DNA from: Octopus bimaculoides
Lineage: Eukaryota
DNA: 54,123 nucleotides
Assembly: GCF_001194135.2 (NCBI RefSeq)
Contig: NC_068982.1
Span: forward strand, 187,332,759-187,386,881
Direction: 5' to 3'
The notes under the pieces are model-generated. The model saw only the letters and a list, made by a program, of their open reading frames with translations. It did no database searches and was not told the DNA's origin. The position numbers and the translations under genes are program-made. Positions 12,529-24,934 of this stretch are shown in pieces (the stretch's first letter is position 1; every line of letters starts with the position of its first letter).

Positions 12529-12752
12529 CCCATTAAGTCCCAGAGTTCTTAAATTTCTGAATATTACTTTTAAATTTTTACAGAGGATTGAAAATAGGTT
12601 AAAATGAAAAAAATAATAATTAAAACTCCCTTTACTTCAAGCAGAAATGGAAATACTCAGTGTCCTATAAATAGGACACTGAGACAATGTGATATAGCTT
12701 ATTTAAGGTTCCCATTTAGTGTCCTATTTATAGGACAGTGGAACTTAATGGG
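12529..12752. mobile_element. piggyBac-type MITE
   Basis: TTAA at 12525-12528 and 12753-12756; TIRs CCCATTAAGTCC / GGAACTTAATGGG. Confidence 0.85.
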
Positions 12753-13435
12753 TTAATATTGTAAGCCCCTAAAGACTAGTAATTTAGTCCTGTCCTCTTA
12801 GTTGAAAAATAAACAGGTAAATTGACATAATACAATGTCTGCAAGTTTATGAGTACCACCTATTCCCCTTCATTTTCTTATTGCTATATAAATTAAGGGT
12901 AAAATCTCCTTTTATCCGCACCCATTTATTGCACTTGGTAAAAACACTAGTGTAATAGTAATTGGGTATTCCTCTGGTAGTATATTGGATAGATATTATC
13001 CCTTAGTGGGTTGGATTCACAACCCCTAGCTTTCTTTAAATTATATATATTTATATATGTAATAACCAAGACCTTTGGAAANNNNNNNNNNNNNNNNNNN
13101 NNNNNNNNNNNNNNNNNNNNNNNNNNNNNNNNNNNNNNNNNNNNNNNNNNNNNNNNNNNNNNNNNNNNNNNNNNNNNNNNNNNNNNNNNNNNNNNNNNNN
13201 NNNNNNNNNNNNNNNNNNNNNNNNNNNNNNNNNNNNNNNNNNNNNNNNNNNNNNNNNNNNNNNNNNNNNNNNNNNNNNNNNNNNNNNNNNNNNNNNNNNN
13301 NNNNNNNNNNNNNNNNNNNNNNNNNNNNNNNNNNNNNNNNNNNNNNNNNNNNNNNNNNNNNNNNNNNNNNNNNNNNNNNNNNNNNNNNNNNNNNNNNNNN
13401 NNNNNNNNNNNNNNNNNNNNNNNNNNNNNNNNNNN

Positions 13436-13795
13436 ACGTAAAAAGCACCATTTGAGCACAATCATTTCCAGCTTCGCCTTACTGGCACTTGTGCCAGTGG
13501 CATGTGAACAAAACATTGGACTGACTCTTGTGCAGGTGGCACGTAAAAAACACCATTTGAGCATGGCTGTTGCTAGTACCACCAGACTGTCCCTCTCGTG
13601 CCGGTGGCATGTAAAAAGCACCCACTACACTCTCAGAGTGGTTGGCATTAGGAAGGGCATCCAGCTGTAGAAACTCTGCCCGATCAGATTGGAATCTGGT
13701 GTAGCCATCTGGTTCACCAGTCCCCAGTCAAATCGTCCAACCCATGCTAGCATGGAAAGCAGACGTTAAACGACGATGATGATGATGATGATGAT
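13436..13795 (+). mobile_element. Repeat D with tandem units and (GAT)n tail
   Basis: Same unit and tail motifs as 9553-9872. Confidence 0.9.
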
Positions 13796-14825
13796 ACACA
13801 CGATGGGCTTCATTTAATTTCATTTTACCAAATCCACTCACAAGGATACAATAGTAGACACATGCCCAAGGTGCCACGCAGTGGGACTGAACCCAGAACC
13901 ATGTGCTTGGGAAGCAAACTTCTTACCATGCAGCCATTCCTGTGCCTAGGTTGTACTTTTTACATAACTCCATAAACACTATTACCTAGAAAGGATCTTT
14001 GCACAGCTCCCTAAATACCTTTGTCTTGGTTGTGTTCTTTTACCTAGCTCCCAAATGCCATTTTTGAGAATGTGTATTTGCCAAGTACCTTACCCATCAT
14101 TGTCTAGAATGGCTGTTTGCATACCTTCTAACCACCTTTATTTAGAACACATCTTTATTTTTTCTTTGTAGTAGTAGTAGTAGTAGTAGCAGCAGCAGCA
14201 AACACTAGNNNNNNNNNNGGTGGATTAGTTTCTCTGAAGTTGGCACTTTGCATTCAGTACTTTTAAGACAGAAACCTGCTCGATGCGAGAGAATGGAGCT
14301 TGGAGATTCCTTATAAAAGTAATCAGAAGAACACGAGCAAGTTGCAACCATCTTCTGCAGAAGTCTGCCGTAGTTTTAGGTTGCACATTGGCAGGCTGTG
14401 GCTGAGATGAGTAATGCTTTGAAGAATATCCTCTGAGTCACTCCAAAGCTTCTTAACTAGGTTCTAGACCGATATTAATAAATCTACGTGGCTTCATAGG
14501 TGTCTGGTCAGGGAAATGAATCGTATGGCAATGTTCTTTCTTTAGTTGTGGGAGGATGGGTCTACACACATATTCACAGACATGCAGGAAGTAAATAGAC
14601 ACGGCCAAAGGGAATGTCAACTAAATACTAAAGTATGTAGTCCTACCTATGGATTACATTTCAATTGTTCGCTTTGTGTATTAAAGAAAAGATTTTGAAA
14701 ATTATTAAAGGTGTCTATTTATTTCCTGCATGTCTGTCTATATGCATACACACACACACAAATACATGCATACACACACATACAAATACATGCGTGCATG
14801 CATACGCACACACATGCATGCACAC

Positions 14826-14873
<48 letters not shown>

Positions 14874-15891
14874 AACCTTCACAGTGAAATGCTAACCAAA
14901 CTACTTTCTGTTGTTCTATTCTGATTCTGGCAGTTCCGGTTCCACGGGTGACTGACTCTGACAGCCGAAGCCGGAACCAGAGAAGATGCTTCAAAGTAAT
15001 CGAAGAAAATTGTCTCATGAACTAGTTACAGGTGGATGAGGGGGATATATTTAGGGGTGTCGACAGGGTGTGGTTCTATCAACAATAAAATTTAGGAACC
15101 AAGGGTTGCCATTTCACAAAAAAAGAAAAAGAAAAAAAAAGAAATGACTTTNNNNNNNNNNNNNNNNNNNNNNNNNNNNNNNNNNNNNNNNNNNNNNNNN
15201 NNNNNNNNNNNNNNNNNNNNNNNNNNNNNNNNNNNNNNNNNNNNNNNNNNNNNNNNNNNNNNNNNNNNNNNNNNNNNNNNNNNNNNNNNNNNNNNNNNNN
15301 NNNNNNNNNNNNNNNNNNNNNNNNNNNNNNNNNNNNNNNNNNNNNNNNNNNNNNNNNNNNNNNNNNNNNNNNNNNNNNNNNNNNNNNNNNNNNNNNNNNN
15401 NNNNNNNNNNNNNNNNNNNNNNNNNNNNNNNNNNNNNNNNNNNNNNNNNNNNNNNNNNNNNNNNNNNNNNNNNNNNNNNNNNNNNNNNNNNNNNNNNNTC
15501 CAATAACTGAAACAATATCTGTGTATCGTGATTTCTGGGTTATTTCCCCTCATCAGCATAAAATAATTTTTCGGCTAGAGGTGGCACTGCCAAATTCCCG
15601 TTCGAAATATATAGTTTTTTAAGTGACAATTAGTCACTGATTTATAAATTAGAAAATTACAATTTGTAAATCTCACAACGAGATTGTTTTGAGCTGAGTG
15701 GGAGTGCTAGATTCCCTTGTTCGAAAATATAAGGACACAGATCGTGTCGTATAGCCAGCTGGAGAAGATGTCTCCTGGGACTAAATTACAGTAACATTCG
15801 TCCTAAACCAGGACTGCCATATTCTGTTGGCAATTAATCTTTACTCCAAAGTACATTTTTGTCAGCAAATTTATCGTATAAACATTTTGCA

Positions 15892-17258
15892 ATGAATGAA
15901 GACAGCTGTATGAAGAAGTGCTGATCACTGAAAATGGATGGTACCTGCAGAGGAAGGAGATCCTGGAAGACATGAGATCACCATCATCATCATCATTATC
16001 ATCATCGTTTAACGTCCGCTTTCCATGCTAGCATGGGTTGGACAATTTGACTGAGGACTGGCGAACCAGAAGGCTGCACCAGGCTCCAATCTGATCTGGC
16101 AGAGATGAAGTGATAAAGACCTATCTCAGGATATTGGGCCTCATGGAGGAAATGACAATGGACCGAGATGTCTGGTGATATGATGTTCTTCAGAAGACCC
16201 ACCCACGTCAGCGAAACTGAGTTCTAGAAGCTGTGTGTGTTCCGCCCACACATAACAAGGAAACTTTTCATATACCCTCCCCCAACAAGCCAAACTATAT
16301 CTCTTCTCTTCCTCACATCTCTTTCATGCACTATGCTTACCTCTCACTCCCCAATCCTGTCCCCACGACCCTGTTCACTGTATCATTGCTATCCGATATC
16401 CACCCCAACCCCACCTCTATATACCCAGGTTTCCACCACCCACTGCATTCCCCTCCCCCACTCTCTATTCACGCTTCTTTGGCAATGCCCTGATACTTAT
16501 GACTTCTGTACCTCAAGGGTATGCCTTAGCCCCTGCCACCATCTATCTCTCTCTCTTCTTTTACTCAACCATCCCATTTATATTCTGACACCTGTCGCTT
16601 GTGAGTATGCCTGGCACTTTGCCACCCTCTCTCTCCTGCACTTTCTTGCACTCTTACTGTCTCCCTCCCCCCTCTCTCTCCCTCTCTCTCTCTCCCTCTC
16701 CTGCTCTTCCCTCAGGCTGCATAAACATGTATCTCCTTTACAGCAGCACACCTGTTTTCTGTCCTCATTCTTGATCACTCTCTCTCTCTCTCTCTCTGGC
16801 CAGGTAACCATGCATCTCTTCTACAGCAAGGCACCTGTTTCTGCCTCTCTGTCTCACTGTAACCTTTCATTACCCGACACAAGATCCCTTCCTCCAATGC
16901 CCCTTCCACTCTCAAAGGATCTTTGTCTTGCAAGGTACTTGGTGACCCTGTCAGTGCAGCTGCCACGTAAAAACCAACCAGTCCACACTCTCAGAGTGGT
17001 TGGCATCTGGAAGGGCATCCAGCTGTAAAAAACCTTGCCAAAACTGACCTTGCCTGTGCTGGAGTCATGTAAAAAGCACTCAGTCCACTCTGCTGGGTGG
17101 CTGGTGTTAGGAAGGGTATCCAGCCGTAAAAACCCAGCCAAAACAAACACAGAAGTTTGGTGCAGGCTCCTGCCTTGTCCGCACCTGTCAAACCATTCAA
17201 CCCATGCCAACATGGAAGGTGGATATTAAATGATGATGATGATGATGATGATGATGAT
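15892..17258 (+). mobile_element. 3' end of an RTE-clade LINE: decayed ORF C-terminus, long CT-rich 3' UTR, ending in repeat D sequence
   Basis: MNEDSCMKKC*SLKMDGTCRGRRSWKT* (15892-) continues as DEVIKTYLRILGLMEEMTMDRDVW*YDVLQKTHPRQ (16104-16220), fitting the RTE C-terminal EG.R.RGRP..TW...DR..WR pattern; antisense D fragment inserted at ~15981-16103. Confidence 0.75.
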
Positions 17259-17262
17259 AGTG

Positions 17263-17560
17263 ATCATCAACATCATCATCATCATTTAATGTCCGTTTTC
17301 CATACTGGCATGGGTTGGATGGTTTGTGTGAGGACTGGTGAGCCAGGTGGCTGCACCAGGCTCCAATCTAATCTGGCAAAGTTTCTACAACTGGATGCCC
17401 TTCCTAACACCAACCATTCCAAGAGTGTAGTGGGTGCTTTTAGATGCCACCGGCATGGGTGCCAGTGAGGCAGCACTGGCATCGATCACGCTTGAATGAT
17501 GCTTTTTACATGCCACCGGCACAGGTGCCAGCCAGATCATAGTTAAAAATTGCACAAAAA
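17263..17560 (-). mobile_element. Repeat D, antisense, tail-to-tail with the preceding copy
   Basis: catcatcatcatttaatgtccgttttccatactggcatggg... Confidence 0.85.
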
Positions 17561-17634
17561 GCAGAAGACAGAGCCAGGTGAGGAAACAACAGGTTGTATT
17601 AGTTTGACATTCAGGAAAACTGGAAGAGTCACAT

Positions 17635-17683
<49 letters not shown>

Positions 17684-18059
17684 TGTGTGTGCGTGCGTGT
17701 TGACACAGATCTACATTATACAGCAGTATGTTAATGGGTAATGCTCCATACAACATCCCACCCAATAGTTCCTTTCTGACACTCCACTCTCTCTCTCTCT
17801 ATTTTATTCAATAAGTTCTTATTGGACAATAAGCTCTCAGTTTACATCCATTCATTTCTGTTACAATCACATGAAATCCATATGACAAGATGGGCATACA
17901 GAGATATAATTAATTGTATGTTACCATAGCAACATTCCTTTAATTAGGATGATAGTTTGTGTAAATAATTTCATTAATTAACAATGACAGTTTTGTAATA
18001 TCCATCAAATGTGGTATCTGAAGTAATAACGAAACAATTATTGTGCATGTATGAGTTAC

Positions 18060-18595
18060 TTATGTCCTTTCGATTAAGAAGTTTCGTTTGCAACCAACAG
18101 GTCCCAAGTTCAATCCCACTGCATGTTATATTTTATCTTTTATCCATGTGTCTGTGTTTGTCTCCCACCACTCCTTCACAACCAGTGTTGGTATGCTTAC
18201 ATCCCTGTCGTTTGATAGTTCAACAAAAGAAACAGATAGACTAAATCATCATCATCGTTTAACGTCCACTTTCCATGCTGGCATGGGTTGGACGGTTTAA
18301 CTGAGGACTGGCAAGCCAGAAGGCTGCACCAGGCTCCAATCTGATCAGGCAAGGTTCCTACAGCTGGATGCCCTTCCTAATGCCAACCAGAGTGTAGTGG
18401 GTGCTTTTCACATGCCACCAGCATGGGGGCCAGTCAGGCAGCACCAGCATCGACCATGCTCGAATGGTGCTTTTTGCGTGCCACTGGACCAGGCTTTACA
18501 AAACAATAAGTCCTGGAGTTGATTTATTCAACTAAAAATTCTTCATGGCAGTGCCCCAGCATGACCACAGTCTAATGACTGAAACAAATGACAGA
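18060..18595 (+). mobile_element. Degenerate SINE-A split by antisense repeat D (~18245-18490)
   Basis: A motifs on both sides; reverse D begins catcatcatcgtttaacgtcc. Confidence 0.75.
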
Positions 18596-19117
18596 GAAAA
18601 GAATTGTGGAAGCCTGCCATATGGAAACTGTGAGGAAGCCCATCAAATTGTTTCTGTCCTTGATACATTGCCTGGTTTAACACCCGCAACTGGACCTGCA
18701 GCTGTCTTTAAAGGGGTTCACTCTGTTGCAAGTGTTGGGGCCAGGTCTCTGGTTCTAATAATGACTGCCTCCACTTCTGCTCCACAGGTCATCATGGACC
18801 CCAAAAAGAGTCATCTTCTGAGTAAATTATGTGTAAAAATAAAATAAAAACAAGAAAAAAGACCCAGGTCAGCCCTGTATGATGTCAGGCGTTCCAGCCA
18901 TGACCGTCCCATTCTATCTTGAGAGATTGTAAATGGGACTGCAATATCAAAGCAGTAACATGTCCTTGCTTCTTTTCAAGATAGTAGAATGTAAAATTGA
19001 GGGGAGATTTGGTTGCTATTTCTAGCAAGCCTCTTTGGCCTCACTTGTGATTGGTTGGTTGATACAATGACACTACTGTTACCACCAGTCACAACCTATT
19101 CTCCACCACCACCACCT

Positions 19118-19156
<39 letters not shown>

Positions 19157-19280
19157 TATAACTAACAACATTGAACTGTTGCTTCAGTCCAAATTGAAAG
19201 TGCACTAAACAAGTAATTATCAAGGTTTTAATTAGTTGGGTAATTAGATTAGAGAGGGGGAAGACGAAGAGAAGGGGGGC

Positions 19281-19311
<31 letters not shown>

Positions 19312-20208
19312 GCGAGATGGGGGGATACAGACAAAGAATTCAGGCTTCACTTGCTGCATATCATTATTCACACACACACATAGACAGACAAACAGATATA
19401 TAGATAGATAGATAAATAGATATATACATACAAACACACACATATATATGTATATACACCACCACCATCATCACCATCATCATCATCATCATCATCATTG
19501 TCTGAGACTAGTTACTCCAACCACAACTGTCAATATTATAATAAACACTGCTATTGATGTCTAAATTACTTTCTCCTCTACACACAAACGTGCCTCTACA
19601 GAACCTAATAACAAACTAACTGCTCTCAGAGGCACTATAATGTTACTTCATAAACAAACTGTAGTTGTGCATGTCTCTCTGGAACTGAGGTTATTTGACC
19701 TATAGATAAAGGTGTTCCAGTCACGACCAATGGAGCTCTGGGCCCCATTACAGAATACCCAAAGAAAATAATGAAAGTAACATGCATTCAGTAATTGTAT
19801 TTCAGCAGTGAAATATTCATATAGTTCCCTTTCAATAATAAATGGTTGAAAAGATAAGAAGTTTGCTTCACAGTCATAAGATCCTGGATTTCATTCTACT
19901 GCATGGCATCTTCAAAGACTTGGGTAGACCCCAGGCTTTCTCAGTGAATTTGCATAGATGGAAACTGTACTGAAGTCCTTGGATGGATTGTATCTGAAAT
20001 TCAAAGACCTGGCCTTCTTATATATGCTGAATCTGCTTGAGGATTACATGTCTATGGAATACTCAGCCAATTGTTAATTCAATAAATAGATATACTTCTT
20101 TATTACAGCCAAGGGTTTATATGTATAAGTGTATATCTATATATGTACATGTGTATGCACATACATACGTACATACATACATACATAAACACACACACAT
20201 ATATATTA

Positions 20209-20442
20209 AAGGCGGCGAGCTGGCAGAAACGTTAGCACGCTGGGCGAAATGCTTAGCGGTATTTCGTCTGCCGTTACGTTCTGAGTTCAAATTCCGCCGA
20301 GGTCAACTTTGCCTTTCATCCTTTCGGGGTCGATTAAATAAGTACCAGTTACGCACTGGGGTCGATATAATCGACTTAATCCGTTTGTCTGTCTTTGTTT
20401 GTCCCCTCTGTGTTTAGCCCCTTGTGGGTAGTAAAGAAATAA
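20209..20442 (+). mobile_element. SINE family B, young full-length copy
   Basis: tRNA-like head with A box TGGCAGAAACG and B-box-like GAGTTCAAATTCC; central gtcaactttgcctttcatcctttcggggtcgat domain; CpGs retained. Confidence 0.9.
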
Positions 20443-20629
20443 CACATATATATTATATTTTATAATATTTCATCTTATTTTTTTTAGCTTTACAACTTGT
20501 AAATCAATTTATTTGTACTGTTATGTTTTTTAACAGAAATTTTCAACATTTTTTAACAGACAAATAAATTATTCATACATCTATTTTTTCTTCTCCATTT
20601 TCTTTTACTTCAATATTGATAATATATAT

Positions 20630-20785
20630 TAAGGCGGTGAGCTGGCAGAAACGTTAGCAGACGGGGCGAAATGCTTAGTGGTATTTCGTCTGTCTTTATG
20701 CTCTGAGTTCAAATTCCACCAAGGTCGACTTTGCCATTCGTCCTTTCGAGGTCGATAAATTAAGTGGCAGTGGTGGTGGTGGTGG
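20630..20785 (+). mobile_element. SINE-B, 3'-truncated at a (GGT)n tract
   Basis: Matches the first ~150 nt of 20209-20442. Confidence 0.85.
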
Positions 20786-21602
20786 TGGCAGTGGTGATGG
20801 CGGTGGTAGTGGTGGTGGTGGTGGGCACAGGAGGGGGAGGGTTACGCGACAGCATCGCCATTCCACACAGAAGAACATATTTTCGTGAACAGAGTTGGAA
20901 ATTGTACAAGAGCCCTAAACTAAAGACCATCTGTTGGAAGCCATTGTTGCGAGAGATGATGTTAGCATAACAAGGGGGGATAACACTGACATCATTGACA
21001 TTTCTGAGGAGTGGCGAGGGTGGTGGTGGTGGTGGTGGTGGATTGGGGCGAGGTGGAGGGGGCTGAGTATATTTCCTGACTCAAAGAGAAGTGACCTGGG
21101 GGTTAATCTCGTGGCAGAACTAAATGCAACCCCTTCTCATTCATTGACCCAGTTTATCTGAGTTGACCCTAATGAGATTCTAATGCTGTACCCCTTCGTT
21201 TGGAATGCTAATTGGGCAAAACAAAATGTTTAAAAAATATTAATTAGTGTCAGTTTGTAATTAATTAATTTTGTTGTCCCCCCTCCAAGTTTGACTGTAA
21301 TGAAAATGGTGTTGAAACACACTTGTAGAATATGGGATGGGATTTATCACTCATAATGGATACCATTACTACTTGAATCACACACACATATACACATACA
21401 CACACATATATACACACGTACATACCCACACACATGCATACACACACATACACAGATACGCACACACACATACGCACACAAACACACACACATATATAGA
21501 TGCACGCATGCGTGCACACACGTATGCACATACACATACGTACACATACACACACGCACACACATGCGCACACACATACGTCCACACATACACAGACACA
21601 CA

Positions 21603-21770
21603 TACAGGTGTGGTTGTGTGGTAAGAGGTCTGATTCCAAACCACATGGTTCCAGTTTCAGTCCCACTGTGTAGCGCCCTAAGTGTCTTCCCTATAAGCCT
21701 CAGGCTGACCAAAGCCTTCTGAGTGGATTTCGTAGATGGAAACTGAAAGAAGCCCATCGTATATATGAGT
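21603..21770 (+). mobile_element. SINE-A 5' half
   Basis: ggtgtggttgtgtggtaag...ccacatggttccagtttcagtcccactg. Confidence 0.8.
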
Positions 21771-22198
21771 GTACGCGTTTGCATGTGGGGGGGGGGGTTG
21801 CGTGTGGGGGGGTGTGTGCATGTGTGTGTGTCTTTGTCTACGTGTTCACATCCACACTATTGCTCGCTAACTTCATGGATAGGCTGCTCTACCGATCAAA
21901 CCATTTGGGACACTCACCGTGATAACTGACTGAATGTCAGTTCCTATTTTGTGATGACAACATTATGACTCCAAATGAAAATATGGGATGATCACAAATG
22001 GAATGTCTTTGCTTATAGGCTAATATGAACAAAACAAAAACCGGCAACAACAAACGCCTAAGTCCACAGGCAGCTTTTTGGTCCATCAAGTCTTCAATGG
22101 TTAATTTAATGCTGTAGTCTAGACTCAAAAGAGGTTGTGATAGACAGAGCTTGGCCACATAGCTTTCTTTATAAAGAAACAACAAAAGAAAGACAGTT

Positions 22199-22484
22199 CT
22201 ATATTTGAGAGATGAGGAATTCTGTACATTATTTACATTAGACAGATATTTGTCCTCATCTTGTTTGTTGTTAACACAACGTTTCAGCTGATATACCCTC
22301 CAGCCTTCTTCAGGTGTCTTGGGGGAAATTTCGAACCTGGGTTCTCATTCCTAAGGTATTTTTCGATGTTATTATTATTATTATTATTATCATTATTATT
22401 ATTAGTGTTCAGGTCACTGCTTGGAATCGAACTCGGAATCTTGGGGTTAGTAGCCCGCATTCTTAACCACTTCGCCATATGCCC
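22199..22484 (-). mobile_element. tRNA-headed SINE (fourth family) with internal (AAT)n and a hammerhead-containing 3' region; full-length copy
   Basis: A box TGGCGAAGTGG (22477-22467) and B box GAGTTCGATTCC (22434-22423); inverted partner at 22487-22701. Confidence 0.85.
22273..22318 (-). ncRNA. Minimal Penelope-type hammerhead ribozyme motif
   Basis: GACAC-CUGAAGA-A-GGCUG-GAGGGUAUAU-CAGCU-GAA-ACGU-U/GUGUU: intact core, 5-bp stem II, ACGU palindrome replacing stem III, 5-bp stem I; predicted cut between 22278 and 22277. Confidence 0.75.
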
Positions 22485-22486
22485 AT

Positions 22487-22701
22487 GGGCTGCTAACCCC
22501 AAGATTCCAAGTTCAATTCCACGCAGTGACCTGAACACTAATAATAATAATAATATCGAAAAATACCTTAGGAATGAGAACTCATGTTCGAAATTTCCCC
22601 ATGACACCTGATGAAGGCTGGAGGGTATATCAGCTGAAACGTGTTAATAGCAAACAAGATGAGGACAAATATTTGTCAAATGTAAATAATGTAAATAATG
22701 T
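22487..22701 (+). mobile_element. Second, 5'-truncated copy of the same SINE in inverted orientation; its hammerhead (22603-22646) has lost the cleavage site
   Basis: Near-exact reverse complement of 22225-22452; CTGATGA core kept but GAAACGTTGTGTT reduced to GAAACGTGTT. Confidence 0.85.
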
Positions 22702-22749
22702 AAAAGAAAGACAGTTTTAAAATGCAGAAAGTCCCATTATTTTCTGAAT

Positions 22750-23000
22750 AAGGTGAAGCTGCGTGACTAAGTGATTAAGGCATCTGGATCACAATCTTAA
22801 TCATAAGGTCGTGAGTTCAATTCCCGGCAGCATGTTGAGTCCTTGAGCAAGACACTTTATTTCACATTGCTCCAGTCACTCGGCTGGCAAAAATGAGTTG
22901 TACCTGTAATTCAAAGGGGACCAGCTTTGTTACACTCTGTTTCTCGCTGAACTACACATGTCTGTGGAGTGCTCAACCACTTGCACATTAATTAACCAAG
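22750..23000 (+). mobile_element. SINE-C-related variant; similar copies at 26820-27125 (+) and 31430-31725 (-)
   Basis: tRNA-like head plus ccttgagcaagacacttt motif and shared 3' tgtggagtgctcagccacttgcacgttaat. Confidence 0.7.
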
Positions 23001-23202
23001 CAGGCTGCTCTGTTAATTAATTTCGGGCCATTGTGCCCAGAGTAGAAAAGAATAATATACCAGTCAAGTAATGGTGTCAATATAATTAAATAACACACCC
23101 CATTAAAATTGCTGGCCTTGTGCCAAAATTAGAAAGTATTAGTGTGTGTATGTGTGGGTAATACCAAATCAAGTTTTTGTGGCAAAAGATGATTCAATGT
23201 TG

Positions 23203-23243
<41 letters not shown>

Positions 23244-23291
23244 ACTCTCTCTCTCAATCTTGAGGCAGTATTTGGTTTTTCTTTTTTTTTT

Positions 23292-23600
23292 CTTCGCCCT
23301 TTCAAAGCCTAGCCAGGCTCATGGGCCCAGTTTCCCGGTTTCTATGGCGTATGTGTTCCCCCACCACCAGCTGGACGGGACGCCAGTCCATCGCAGCGTT
23401 ACTCAAGAAACAGGAAGAAAGAGTGAGAGAAAGTTGGGGCGAAAGAGTACAACAGGGGTCGCCATCACCCCCTGCCGGAGCCTCGTGGAGCTTAGGTGTT
23501 TTCGCTCAATAAACACTTACAACGCTTGGTCTGGGAATCGAAACTGCGATCCTCCGACCGCGAGTCCGCTGCCCTAACCACTGGGCCACTGCGCCTCCAC
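23292..23600 (-). mobile_element. SINE-C, full-length young copy with an alternative 3' tail
   Basis: Head matches 5607 and 53659; tail gggcccatgagcctggctaggctttgaaagggcga is shared with 51295-51450. Confidence 0.85.
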
Positions 23601-23735
23601 AGTATTTGGTTTTCGGTACATATAACTGTAGGATTGATAAGGAAACCAAAACAAAAGAGTGGGCAGGAGAGGGAGAATTCAAAGATAAACTTGTGTGTCC
23701 TGAGTTAGCAGCCTAAGACCAAAGATTACCTATCG

Positions 23736-23770
<35 letters not shown>

Positions 23771-24301
23771 TCACCTTTTGACAAATCTCCCTCTCACCAT
23801 CTTTTTTTATCTCCCAACTTTCTTCAACACTTAAGTCGTATAACCTGCAAAGAATATTGAATTGTTAATGAGCACATCTTCTTGAGATTACTGCAGAAGC
23901 AGCAGCAGCAGTAGTAGTAGTATTGGCGGTGGTGGTGGTGGTGGTCAGATAGCAAGCACCAAGTTGTTGATAGTACTGTTGTTGTTGTTGTTGTTGCTGC
24001 TACTACTCTCTAACAACATGCATTTTTTTTCCAGAGATATATAAAAAAAAATCGGAGGTGGGGGACTTTGCAATATCTCGGAAGGTCAAGAAAGGTTAAT
24101 TTTCAACTCCTGTCAAAAGAAGATAATATTCTCTTGTGTTCTTCACGCTGTCAGTCTGCATTCCCAGCATGCATTGCAGCGTACTGGTTGTTTGGAAGAA
24201 TCAGAGAATATCAAAAGTCAAATATCCACTGCTTTATCATCAGTCAAAGCAGTCTTCCTGACACATGAGTAAGGAATAAAATAAAAGAAAATCAACCAAA
24301 T

Positions 24302-24700
24302 AGGCGCAGGAGTGGCTGTGTGGTAAGTAGCTAGCTTCCCAACCACATGGTCCCGGGTTCAGTCCCACTGCGTGGCATCTTGGGCAAGTGTCTTCAACTA
24401 TAGCCTCGGGCCAACCAAAGCCTTGTGAGTGGATTTGGTAGATGGAAACTGAAAGAAGCCCGTCGTATGTGTGTGTGTGTGTGTGTGTGTGTGCATGTGC
24501 ATGTGTGTGTGTTTGTCCCCCTACCATTGCTTGACAACCGATGGTGGTGTGTTTACGCCCCCGTAACTTAGCGGTTCGGCAAAAAGAGACCGATAGAATA
24601 ATTACTAGGCTTACAAAGAATAAGTCCTGGGGTTGATTTGTTTGACTAAAGGCGGAGCTCCAGCATGGTCGCAGTCAAATGACTGAAACAAGTAAAAGAA
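24302..24700 (+). mobile_element. SINE family A, full-length reference-like copy
   Basis: tRNA-like head, ttgggcaagtgtcttc motif, central (TG)n, 3' ccagcatggtcgcagtcaaatgactgaaacaagtaaaag. Confidence 0.9.
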
Positions 24701-24934
24701 TCTACCAAATCCACTCTCAAGGCTTTGGTCAGCCTGGGGTTATAGTAAAAGATGCTTACTCAAGGTACCATGCAGTGGAATTGAACCCAAAACCATGAGG
24801 CTGGGAAGCATACGATTTTCACAGAGCCATACAACTTGCTCTGGTTTGTCTGTAACACATCTGTCTCCATGTTTCATGTTATCCCCACTACCTCCATGTT
24901 TATCATATATCAACCCATACATGCCCACCATGCC

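Noticed and set aside
18545-18847. 100-aa ORF
   Set aside because: It starts inside a SINE-A tail, has no recognisable motif, and the opposite strand has stops in all frames after its acceptor-like site.
22400-22520. tRNA genes, here and at SINE heads such as 5607, 23600 and 53659
   Set aside because: A and B boxes are present, but there is no closed acceptor stem and each head runs into a SINE body.
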